Source of the DNA: Dehalococcoidia bacterium | GTDB lineage: Bacteria; Chloroflexota; Dehalococcoidia; Lucifugimonadales; UBA3495 | Reading direction: 5' to 3' | DNA length: 64,000 bases | NCBI GenBank assembly: GCA_963664625.1 | Contig: OY761541.1 | Span: 2,187,670 to 2,251,669 of the forward strand | Shown: positions 31,585 to 38,760 of the stretch, piece by piece | How the letters are laid out: each line of letters opens with the position of its first letter | Position numbering within the stretch: position 1 is the first letter of the stretch | Notes under the pieces: generated by a model | Database searches by the model: none | What the model was told of the DNA's origin: nothing | Seen by the model: the letters and a program-made list of their open reading frames with translations, nothing else | Translations under genes and position numbers: made by a program

Positions 31585-32579
31585 TGAGGGACTTCCAGTT
31601 TTTCCAACCCGGTTCCGTTGACGAGGCCGTGTCGTTGCTGGCAAGTCGGCCCCACGGGTCGTTGCCTATTGCCGGCGGCAGCGACCTGCTGTCTGAAATG
31701 AAAGACGGGGTGGTAAGCCCCGATCGGCTGGTCAGCCTTTCCAGTCTGGACGAGTTGAAAGGGATTTCTCAGACCTCGAGCGGGACGACGTTGGGGGCTA
31801 TGACTACCATCGCCGAGATCGCTGAAAGCGAGGTTATCCGCACCCGTTACGCGGCCTTGGCCCAAGCGGCGGCGGGATTGGCCACCCCGCAAATCCGCAA
31901 CGTGGGCACCCTTGGCGGCAACCTGAACCAGCGGCCCCGGTGCTGGTACTATCGCCATCCCCTGTCGGTCTGCTTGAAGAAAGGCGGGGACCGTTGCTTC
32001 GCGTTGGAAGGCGTCGGCAAGTACCTGTGCATAACCGGCGGAGACCGTTGCTACATAGTCCATCCGTCCGACACTGCCGTTGCGCTTGCCGCCTTCGACG
32101 CTGCAATTGAGATAGCCGGTCCCCCCGGGCTGCGAACCGTGCCGATTGAAGAATTTTTCACAGGGCCGGGCCGGGACATCACCAGGGAAAACGTGCTGGC
32201 TCCGGGAGAGATTGTTACCCGGGTATACCTGCCCCTGGCTGACGGCAGTGATCAGGTCGGGCCTTCCAAAAGCCTGTACCTGAAGGCCAGGGAACGGGAG
32301 GCGGGGGACTTTGCCTTGGTCAGTGTTGCGGCGGTGGTGCGGTTGGACGGCGCCAAAGTGCAAGAAGCAAGGGTTGTGCTAGGCGGAGTAGCGCCGACGC
32401 CTTACCGGTCCCGCCAGGTGGAAGACTACTTGATCGGCATGGAAACGTCGGAGGTTGACCCGGTTGTGGCCGGAGGCGCGGCAGTTCCTGATGCCCGGCC
32501 TATGGCGGACAATCGCTACAAAGTTTCTCTCGCATCCAACATGGTCAAGCGGGCAATCGCGCAACTGCTGTCAGCCTAG
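31581..32579 (+). CDS. FAD-binding medium subunit of XDH/CODH-family enzyme
   Basis: FQFFQPGSVDEAVSLL..PIAGGSDLL..IRNVGTLGGNL. Translationally coupled to the large subunit. Confidence 0.85.
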   Translation: MMRDFQFFQPGSVDEAVSLLASRPHGSLPIAGGSDLLSEMKDGVVSPDRLVSLSSLDELKGISQTSSGTTLGAMTTIAEIAESEVIRTRYAALAQAAAGLATPQIRNVGTLGGNLNQRPRCWYYRHPLSVCLKKGGDRCFALEGVGKYLCITGGDRCYIVHPSDTAVALAAFDAAIEIAGPPGLRTVPIEEFFTGPGRDITRENVLAPGEIVTRVYLPLADGSDQVGPSKSLYLKAREREAGDFALVSVAAVVRLDGAKVQEARVVLGGVAPTPYRSRQVEDYLIGMETSEVDPVVAGGAAVPDARPMADNRYKVSLASNMVKRAIAQLLSA

Positions 32580-32728
32580 CCTCTTCTCACCTTCGGCTTC
32601 GTTTCACCGAACCCAGGCCTCTCTCCTTCGTCCGCCCTTGCCCTCAAAGTTCCCCGTCATCCGCAATGCGGATCAACAAAACCGCCAAACTTTGCATTGG
32701 CGCAAAGACTGAACAGAATTTAAGACTT

Positions 32729-32736
32729 TGTATAAT
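32729..32736 (+). promoter_or_regulatory. candidate -10 element (TG-TATAAT) in the leader of the tubulin-like operon
   Basis: Perfect TATAAT at 32731..32736 preceded by TG, about 120 nt upstream of ATG 32858. I found no convincing -35. Confidence 0.3.
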
Positions 32737-32857
32737 ACTTTTGCACAGGGCGCCAGGGCTTTTCACCCGCATCAAGGTCCATGGACGCCCCGGAATTAGC
32801 GGGAGTCTTGCCAACAAAATTGGAGAGACACCCAGTTACATAATCAAGGAGTTCGGC

Positions 32858-34114
32858 ATGAAGCTAGTCTTAGTGGGCGCAGGCCAGGGTGGTTCCAATA
32901 TAGCGGACGAGTTCGTCGCGCTTGGGAAATGGGTTTGGAAAAACAGGCGGATACGGATTTTCACTGGTTCGGAACACGATGACATTGCCAAGGGCGTGTT
33001 CGCAGTCAACTTGGGTGCGGGAGACCTCTACAGCCTTCAACACATCCCTCAAACCGAAGACCACACGATCCTGTTGGGAACGACCGACGAGTTCCGGGGG
33101 CGCGGCGCGGGTAAGGTCAATGCCGACGGCGCCGAGCAGGCTCGGCGGGGTGCGCACAAGATCGTGTCCACCATCCGCGACCATGGTGACGTTCCGTCGG
33201 CAGACGCCATCATGGTCATTGCCACCACTGCCGGCGGCACAGGCTCCGGCTCCGTGGGCGTCATCGTGGACTTGCTGAAAGACGCCTTCAAGAAACCCGT
33301 ATACGCTTTGTTGGTCCTTCCATTCGAGAACCAATATGACGATCCGGACAGCATGGTGAACACGGCCACCTGTATCAAGCGGGTGCTGGACAATTCCAAC
33401 GCCGACGCCGTTTTCTTTGTGGACAACCAGAAGTTCGTCCGCGGCAGTCAGTCGATGTCCTACAACTACCAGCAGATAAACCGCAAGATAGCCGATTCGT
33501 TCCTTGACATCCTGTGTGTTGGAGAGGAGACCGACCGGCGCTACATCGGTGAGGTATTGGACGCCAACGACGTGATACGCATCCTGCACGGCCCTACGGC
33601 GATCGGAGTCTCTCAGGCGACGGTGCCCAAGAAGAGCAGCAGCGGGTTGTTTGGCCGGTTACGCGGCGAACCCAAGGTCAATCACTTCTCAGTATCCAAG
33701 CTGCAAATAGAGCGGGCCCACAACGTGCTCCAGCAAGCGTTGGGCGAGTTGTCCATCGACTGCGAGGTCTGGGAAAACGGGTGTTCCTACTATGACGCCC
33801 AGAATGTGTTGGGACTCTTCAGCGGCCCCGTCGAAGAAGCCAGCGAAGAGATAGTGGAAATGATGGACACCACGTTGGCGGAACGGGTACCGGGCGCCGG
33901 GCGCCGGAAGGGCACCTACCCGGGCCGGGTTTCCGACACCATCGGCTTCACCATCGTTGTGTCCAATATCGGAAGGGGCGCGGCCATGGACCGGGTCGAG
34001 AAGTTCTTCCTCGACGCCACCAGAATGCTTGGCGAAGTCCAGCACAAGCGGGAGGGCAGAGAAAAACTGTGGGAAGCCACGGCCCGGACCGCATCGCAGA
34101 TCCCTGACCTGTAA
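32858..34114 (+). CDS. tubulin/FtsZ-superfamily GTPase, CetZ-like (not housekeeping FtsZ)
   Basis: ATG 32858 follows AAGGAG. T1 loop MKLVLVGAGQGGSNIADEF, T4 tubulin signature ATTAGGTGSGSVG, FFVDNQKF, T7-like VLDANDVIRIL. Confidence 0.8.
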   Translation: MKLVLVGAGQGGSNIADEFVALGKWVWKNRRIRIFTGSEHDDIAKGVFAVNLGAGDLYSLQHIPQTEDHTILLGTTDEFRGRGAGKVNADGAEQARRGAHKIVSTIRDHGDVPSADAIMVIATTAGGTGSGSVGVIVDLLKDAFKKPVYALLVLPFENQYDDPDSMVNTATCIKRVLDNSNADAVFFVDNQKFVRGSQSMSYNYQQINRKIADSFLDILCVGEETDRRYIGEVLDANDVIRILHGPTAIGVSQATVPKKSSSGLFGRLRGEPKVNHFSVSKLQIERAHNVLQQALGELSIDCEVWENGCSYYDAQNVLGLFSGPVEEASEEIVEMMDTTLAERVPGAGRRKGTYPGRVSDTIGFTIVVSNIGRGAAMDRVEKFFLDATRMLGEVQHKREGREKLWEATARTASQIPDL

Positions 34115-34176
34115 AAGTTGCGGGAGTTTAATCCCCTAGTCCGGATGGCAAGATACACCAAATCAGGAGGTTCATC

Positions 34177-35127
34177 ATGAGGAGCTCGAGAGCGCCTGAG
34201 CACCGAAGCGGCTCATCAAGGCTCATAATATTACTGGGTTTGTTTGTCCTGGTCGTTGGCCTGGGCTTGGCCATTACCTACTTTACCCAAGGGTTTGGCT
34301 CGTTGTCGGCGGAGACCACCGAGCCGGTCCCCGCAGTAACTGGAACTGACGCCCCTTTGGCGCCGAAAGTAGTCTCTGGATCTCCGGCGTCCGACCGAGC
34401 GGAAATGAAGGCCGAAGTAGTGGTGCCGGAGTCCCAGGTTGACGAGCCCGCCGGGGAGGCCAAAATGGAGCCTGCCGCTCTTGGACGCGACTCTGGGGAA
34501 AATACGGTTGATGCTGCCAAAACGGAAGGATCGGACGGCGAGCAGACCCCATCCCTTGCCCAGGAGACGGAACGGAATTTGGAATTTTTGCCCCAGGTGC
34601 GGTTTGGCGAAGTGCTTGGCGAAGGGCTGATGGAACTGCCGATGCCCAGCGGAGAAAAGGTTGATACTTGGTACACCTTCCAAGTGGACACCACCAGCGG
34701 GGAAATCATAGTCTACTTCGCCTTGTTCGACGAGGAGGAACAGTCGATATTGAGCACCGTTCGAGTGGACAACTATTCCAAGGGCAATGACTTGACCCAG
34801 GCCGAAGTTACCCTTTTCTACGAAGACGGGATGCAACGGGTCATCGGATTTGACGGCGTTGCCGGCGCCATGTCCATCGCGCAACGCTATAATCTCCCCC
34901 AGGGCCCCAGCATCTTTTCACGCGAACTGCGCCGCTCGATGGTGTATCGAGGAATGGAGTTGAAGGACGCGGAGAATAACGCGTTCCTGGACTTGGACCT
35001 GGACGTAAGCGGCCTGTCCAGAGGTGAAAAGATACGCTTCACGCATTCGGCGCCCGCTGAAGTAGCGATGGCGTTGGAGGAGTTGAAGGAATTGATCGGC
35101 GTCATTGAAGTGGTGAGGCAAAGCTGA
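34177..35127 (+). CDS. single-pass membrane protein, partner of the tubulin-like GTPase (unknown family)
   Basis: AGGAGG RBS. R-rich N-terminus, TM helix LIILLGLFVLVVGLGLAITYF, acidic/Pro-rich linker, then a C-terminal domain of about 190 aa. The gap to the upstream gene is 62 nt and the two genes share one terminator. Confidence 0.7.
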   Translation: MRSSRAPEHRSGSSRLIILLGLFVLVVGLGLAITYFTQGFGSLSAETTEPVPAVTGTDAPLAPKVVSGSPASDRAEMKAEVVVPESQVDEPAGEAKMEPAALGRDSGENTVDAAKTEGSDGEQTPSLAQETERNLEFLPQVRFGEVLGEGLMELPMPSGEKVDTWYTFQVDTTSGEIIVYFALFDEEEQSILSTVRVDNYSKGNDLTQAEVTLFYEDGMQRVIGFDGVAGAMSIAQRYNLPQGPSIFSRELRRSMVYRGMELKDAENNAFLDLDLDVSGLSRGEKIRFTHSAPAEVAMALEELKELIGVIEVVRQS

Positions 35128-35193
35128 ATCGAACAAAGACACACACGATCAACCGCCCTGGGCCTCGATAATCGAGCGTTGCAATGGGCGACT

Positions 35194-35237
35194 GAACACC
35201 GGCAACTGTTTGAACGCAGAGGCCGGTGTTCTTTTTC
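35194..35237 (+). terminator. rho-independent terminator of the tubulin-like operon
   Basis: gaacaccggc-18 nt loop-gccggtgttc followed by TTTTT. Confidence 0.75.
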
Positions 35238-35394
35238 TCAGCGCACGCTCTGGCCCGTGCGCTTTCAAGCCTTGTGCCAAGGTTATCCCTCTGCTAAAAT
35301 CGGCCCAAATTCACCAAGCCAACCTCCCAAGGGGCCCACTGGGCCGTTGATAGTCCCGCCGGGTGGGGATAGACCGTAGGTAGGAGGAGAAGAG

Positions 35395-36165
35395 ATGCCG
35401 TCATTTTGGGAAAACCTTAGATTCCCTGGCGAAAGAGAAATGGATGACCTTCATGGCTACCAGGGCTTGGACATGGTCTGTTACGTCAGTCATCCCGCGC
35501 CCTCCGCCGGGAGTTCGTGGCCTGCCATCATCGTGGTCCAGGAAGCGTTCGGCGTCACCAGGCACATTGAGAAAGTATGCGACCGGTTCGCGCAAGAGGG
35601 TTACGTAGCCGCGGCCCCGGCCCTGTTCCACCGGGAGCACCCCAATCCCAAGCTGGGCTACGACGAGATGCCCCAGGTCCAGCGCTACATGGGAATGCTG
35701 CGGGACGACGAGCTTGTTGAAGACATCAACGTTACGATCGACTACCTGCAGAACACTTACGGTCGCACCAGGGGACAGAAAATCGGCATCGTCGGCTATT
35801 GCGTCGGCGGCCGCATCACCTACTTAGCCGCGACCAGTTGCCCGGGTCTCAGCGCCGCCTCGGCCTACTACCCGGGCCGCGTTCTCATTCCCTTCGGGGA
35901 TGGACCCGCTCCCATAGACCTGACGAATCAGATCCAAATCCCTGTTATGGGCAACTTCGGTGCTTTGGACGCCAACCCAACCGTTGAAGATGTTGGGGTC
36001 ATTGAAGACAAGCTCAAGGAAGCTGGTGTCACCTATGACTTCAAGATATACCCCGACGCGGACCACGGTTTCAATTGCGATGAACGGGGCAGCTACCATC
36101 AAGCCTCGGCAGAGGACGCCCTTGCCCGCACCTTGGGCTGGTTCGATAAGTACCTGAAGAACTAA
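35395..36165 (+). CDS. dienelactone hydrolase-family protein
   Basis: WPAIIVVQEAFGVTRHIEKVCDRFAQEGYVAAAPALF, GIVGYCVGG, YPDADHGF. Confidence 0.85.
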   Translation: MPSFWENLRFPGEREMDDLHGYQGLDMVCYVSHPAPSAGSSWPAIIVVQEAFGVTRHIEKVCDRFAQEGYVAAAPALFHREHPNPKLGYDEMPQVQRYMGMLRDDELVEDINVTIDYLQNTYGRTRGQKIGIVGYCVGGRITYLAATSCPGLSAASAYYPGRVLIPFGDGPAPIDLTNQIQIPVMGNFGALDANPTVEDVGVIEDKLKEAGVTYDFKIYPDADHGFNCDERGSYHQASAEDALARTLGWFDKYLKN

Positions 36166-36191
36166 CGGCGCGTTTCAGAGTTACGTCGAAT

Positions 36192-36226
36192 AACAAAAAG
36201 CGGTACAAATCGTACCGCTTTTTGTT
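36192..36226. terminator. bidirectional rho-independent terminator
   Basis: aacaaaaagcggtac-aaatc-gtaccgctttttgtt forms a 15-bp perfect stem with A- and T-tracts, between convergent genes. Confidence 0.8.
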
Positions 36227-36260
36227 ATTGCTGACGGCATCCATCAGCCCTCAGGTTCTT

Positions 36261-36336
36261 CATTCCCGCGAAGCCTGCCCCCAGGTTCCCGCCTTCGCGG
36301 GAATGACAAAGGTGGGGGGCGGGAATCCATAGGTCT
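36261..36336 (-). repeat. composite REP-like repeat cluster, copy 7 (half copy + full copy + gggaatccataggtc piece)
   Basis: cattcccgcgaag/cctgcccccag/gttcccgccttcgcgggaatgac ... ggcgggaatccataggtc. The last piece recurs at 52453..52467. Confidence 0.75.
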
Positions 36337-36592
36337 ATTCGTCTTCGTCGTTCAGGTCTATGGGAATCTTGATTGCGATCTTTGGCGTGCCGGCGTCGTT
36401 GTCCCGGTCGTTGCGCCTGGAATCTCCCCAAGCCCCCGCTTCGACGTAGTTCTTGAACTCGCGGACCTCGCCGCAAACCTGGCACACGCCTTGGCTGACC
36501 AGTCCATCGGCCGGTTGAATTACCCAGTAGTGACGGCATTGGGGCGCGGCCTCAGTCTCTTCGATTGTCTGGATGGCCGTGTTTTGGACCAT
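36335..36592 (-). CDS. small zinc-ribbon-like protein
   Basis: ATG 36592 follows GGAGG. MVQNTAIQTIEETEAAPQCRHYWVIQPADGLVSQGVCQVCGEVREFKNY has a C-x-H...C-x2-C pattern, followed by an acidic tail. Confidence 0.55.
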   Translation of the reverse strand: MVQNTAIQTIEETEAAPQCRHYWVIQPADGLVSQGVCQVCGEVREFKNYVEAGAWGDSRRNDRDNDAGTPKIAIKIPIDLNDEDE

Positions 36593-36850
36593 GGCCTCAT
36601 ACCTCCTTAAGATACAACGTAATGTTACCACCGAGTTGCGGTATTCGTCAATCATAGCAGGTAGTTGTTAACAAATATTTAACACCGTGTTAGGAATACG
36701 GACACGGCTTGGAATATCGAAATAGCTTTCGTTGGAACCGTGGATGTTGTAAGGGATTACAACCGGCGTGGCGGCCTGTGGGGCCGGAATTTCGAACGAG
36801 GGAGTATCCGGGGAGTTATGAGCAGTGTTGGAGGCGGCGGGACCCGGGAT

Positions 36851-37933
36851 TCAGCCCGGCAGCGAGACCTTTTCAGTGCTCATCCTGGTGACGCCCCAGC
36901 CGGCCAGCCACGCCGAATGTCTGCCGTCTCCTCCGGCGACCACCACCGCCAAGTCCTCGGCGGACCGCACTATGGGCACCAGTGTGTCCGGGTTGGTCTC
37001 GTCTATCCAGGTTGGCCAGTTGCGGTTGGCGTAGTGGGCCACGTCCTTCAGTTGGCGCAACGGCATACGGGCGTTCTGGTAAATGAACTCTCTCACGTCG
37101 TCCTTGGAGAGGCCGGAGTCGGCTATCTCGGCGGCGTGTTCCGGGCAAAGCACCACTATTATCTGCACGCCGGTGCCCAGTTGATAGTAACTGGGGATGC
37201 CCACCGCCTTCATGGTGCCGACGATCGTTTGGAGTACCTCTATGCCGGTGGAGACGGTGGTCTCCATCACCGGGTAGTTCCCCCGGATTCCGGCCACGGT
37301 CACGATGCTGTCGTCGGGGCCGAAACCCAGCTCCAAGTGCCGCGGCTCCCAAGGACTGCGGGCCTCGTTTTCAGCAAAGCAGAAGGTGTACCGGTCCGAT
37401 GACGCCAGCGTCGCCTTGTCCATGTCGCCCGGAATCAGCCCGCCAACATTGCGGACTACCAGCCGCAACGCCCGTCCGATCACCGCGTTGGCTTGGTGAC
37501 CGGGGCCAAAGCAACCAGTGTCGCCGTTGACGCCCAACTGGCGGGCAATGGGACCGTTCACAATCACCACCGGAGCCGCTCCGCCGGTGGTGGACGACAC
37601 TCCGGCCAGGTTGAAGTCATCCCGCAGCACCGCCCTTACCGCGGCCACAACCACGGGGAAATGCTCCGGCCCGCAACCGGCCATAGCAGCGTTGACCGCC
37701 ACCTTTTCCAGCGTGACCGGCGCATTGCGGGGCTGGATTACCCCCAAGGACTCCGAAGGGTCCCGGCCATACCGGCCCAGGACTTCCCGGACCAATTCCT
37801 CGGTGGCCGGAACAACCGGCAGCCCGTCGGTCCAGCCCTGTTTCACGTAGTAGTCCTGTATGGCCCGGGCCGAGTTATTGACTTCCACCCGGCGGGACTG
37901 GAGGGTTTGTGATTCCGTTTGCTCCCGCATCAT
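36851..37933 (-). CDS. conserved protein of unknown function (360 aa)
   Basis: Clean 360-aa ORF: QSRRVEVNNSARAIQDYYVKQGWTDGLPVVPATEELV..NAAMAGCGPEHFPVV..GVSSTTGGAAPVVIVNGP... A decayed 5' paralog copy lies at 38525..38712. Confidence 0.7.
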   Translation of the reverse strand: MMREQTESQTLQSRRVEVNNSARAIQDYYVKQGWTDGLPVVPATEELVREVLGRYGRDPSESLGVIQPRNAPVTLEKVAVNAAMAGCGPEHFPVVVAAVRAVLRDDFNLAGVSSTTGGAAPVVIVNGPIARQLGVNGDTGCFGPGHQANAVIGRALRLVVRNVGGLIPGDMDKATLASSDRYTFCFAENEARSPWEPRHLELGFGPDDSIVTVAGIRGNYPVMETTVSTGIEVLQTIVGTMKAVGIPSYYQLGTGVQIIVVLCPEHAAEIADSGLSKDDVREFIYQNARMPLRQLKDVAHYANRNWPTWIDETNPDTLVPIVRSAEDLAVVVAGGDGRHSAWLAGWGVTRMSTEKVSLPG

Positions 37934-38005
37934 GAGCCCAGTATAGTAGCTTCACCCTGCCGTCTCAAGCCACGGAGTTGTGGCTATTTCCACGGAGCGC
38001 CCTCG

Positions 38006-38296
38006 ATGCAGCCGATACGGACCATATTCGCCGGAGGCGGGGAACGGAGGCTCTCAACACACGTTCTTATCAGGATGAGAGAACGCAATATCCCCATAGA
38101 TTGGATTATTCAGGTGATAAATTCTCCGGCAGCAATTGAAGATGATGAATATAACGACTCTACAAACTACTATGGTTTCGTTGGAGGGAATGTTACGTTA
38201 CTGGTAGTTCCCATTTCCAAGAGAGACGGACAGACTATTCCGACGGCTTTCTTTGACGGACCAGCGACAAGAAGGTATCGGCGAGGTGAATTGTGA
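38006..38296 (+). CDS. DUF4258-like putative toxin
   Basis: MQPIRTIFAGGGERRLSTHVLIRMRERNIPIDWIIQVINSP... GTGA start/stop overlap with the next gene. Confidence 0.55.
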   Translation: MQPIRTIFAGGGERRLSTHVLIRMRERNIPIDWIIQVINSPAAIEDDEYNDSTNYYGFVGGNVTLLVVPISKRDGQTIPTAFFDGPATRRYRRGEL

Positions 38297-38520
38297 ACTT
38301 AGAAGCCAGCTACGATAAAGAGTTTGACATCTTGAGAATGCTCATTCCCGGACGGCGCATCGCAACGTCGAGCCGGGTCAGCCCGCCCCTGATAATCGAC
38401 TTTGGCAGCGAAGAGGACGGTTTTGATGTAGTAGGGTTTGAACTCAGCCATGCTTCAGAGCACTTGGCCCCGTTCCTCGAATTGCTGACCGAGCAGGCAA
38501 CAAGCGTGGAAAATGTTTAA
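38293..38520 (+). CDS. DUF2283-like putative antitoxin
   Basis: MNLEASYDKEFDILRML..IIDFGSEEDGFDVVGFELSHASEHL (YD.E.D.L / G.EiL.AS pattern). Confidence 0.55.
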   Translation: MNLEASYDKEFDILRMLIPGRRIATSSRVSPPLIIDFGSEEDGFDVVGFELSHASEHLAPFLELLTEQATSVENV

Positions 38521-38524
38521 CGTC

Positions 38525-38712
38525 GCCAAGTAAACGCGAATAGCCGGGCGACTCGTCGCAAGCCTCCAGCATCCTTCGTACCAGCGGTTCGGTAACTGGA
38601 CCACGGGCTGTCTGTCGGTCCAGCCCTGCTGGACGTAATAGTCCTGGATGGCCCGGGCCGAGTTGTTGACTTCCACCCGGCGCGACTGGAGGTTGATGTT
38701 TGTTGTAGTCAT
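38525..38712 (-). pseudogene. truncated, frameshifted 5' remnant of a paralog of 36851..37933
   Basis: MTTTNINLQSRRVEVNNSARAIQDYYVQQGWTD aligns with the N-terminus of the intact gene. In my hand alignment 69 of 76 nt are identical (38617..38692 vs 37829..37904). Similarity continues in another frame (TEPLVRRMLEA vs TEELVREVLGR) and stops at the TA cassette. Confidence 0.6.
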
Positions 38713-38760
38713 AACTTAAAAGAACCAGACACCTGATTACAAGGTAAGGTACAGAAGAGC

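Noticed and set aside
32858-34114. Annotating the tubulin-like gene as the cell-division ftsZ
   Set aside because: T1 has the tubulin/CetZ-type GQGG. There is no dcw-cluster context, the C-terminal half is unrelated, and there is no conserved FtsZ C-terminal peptide.
36665-36683. Inverted repeat TGTTAA-N7-TTAACA upstream of the zinc-ribbon gene, considered as an operator
   Set aside because: It is a single short AT-rich palindrome in an AT-rich stretch, with no second copy in the window and no adjacent regulator. It could easily be chance.
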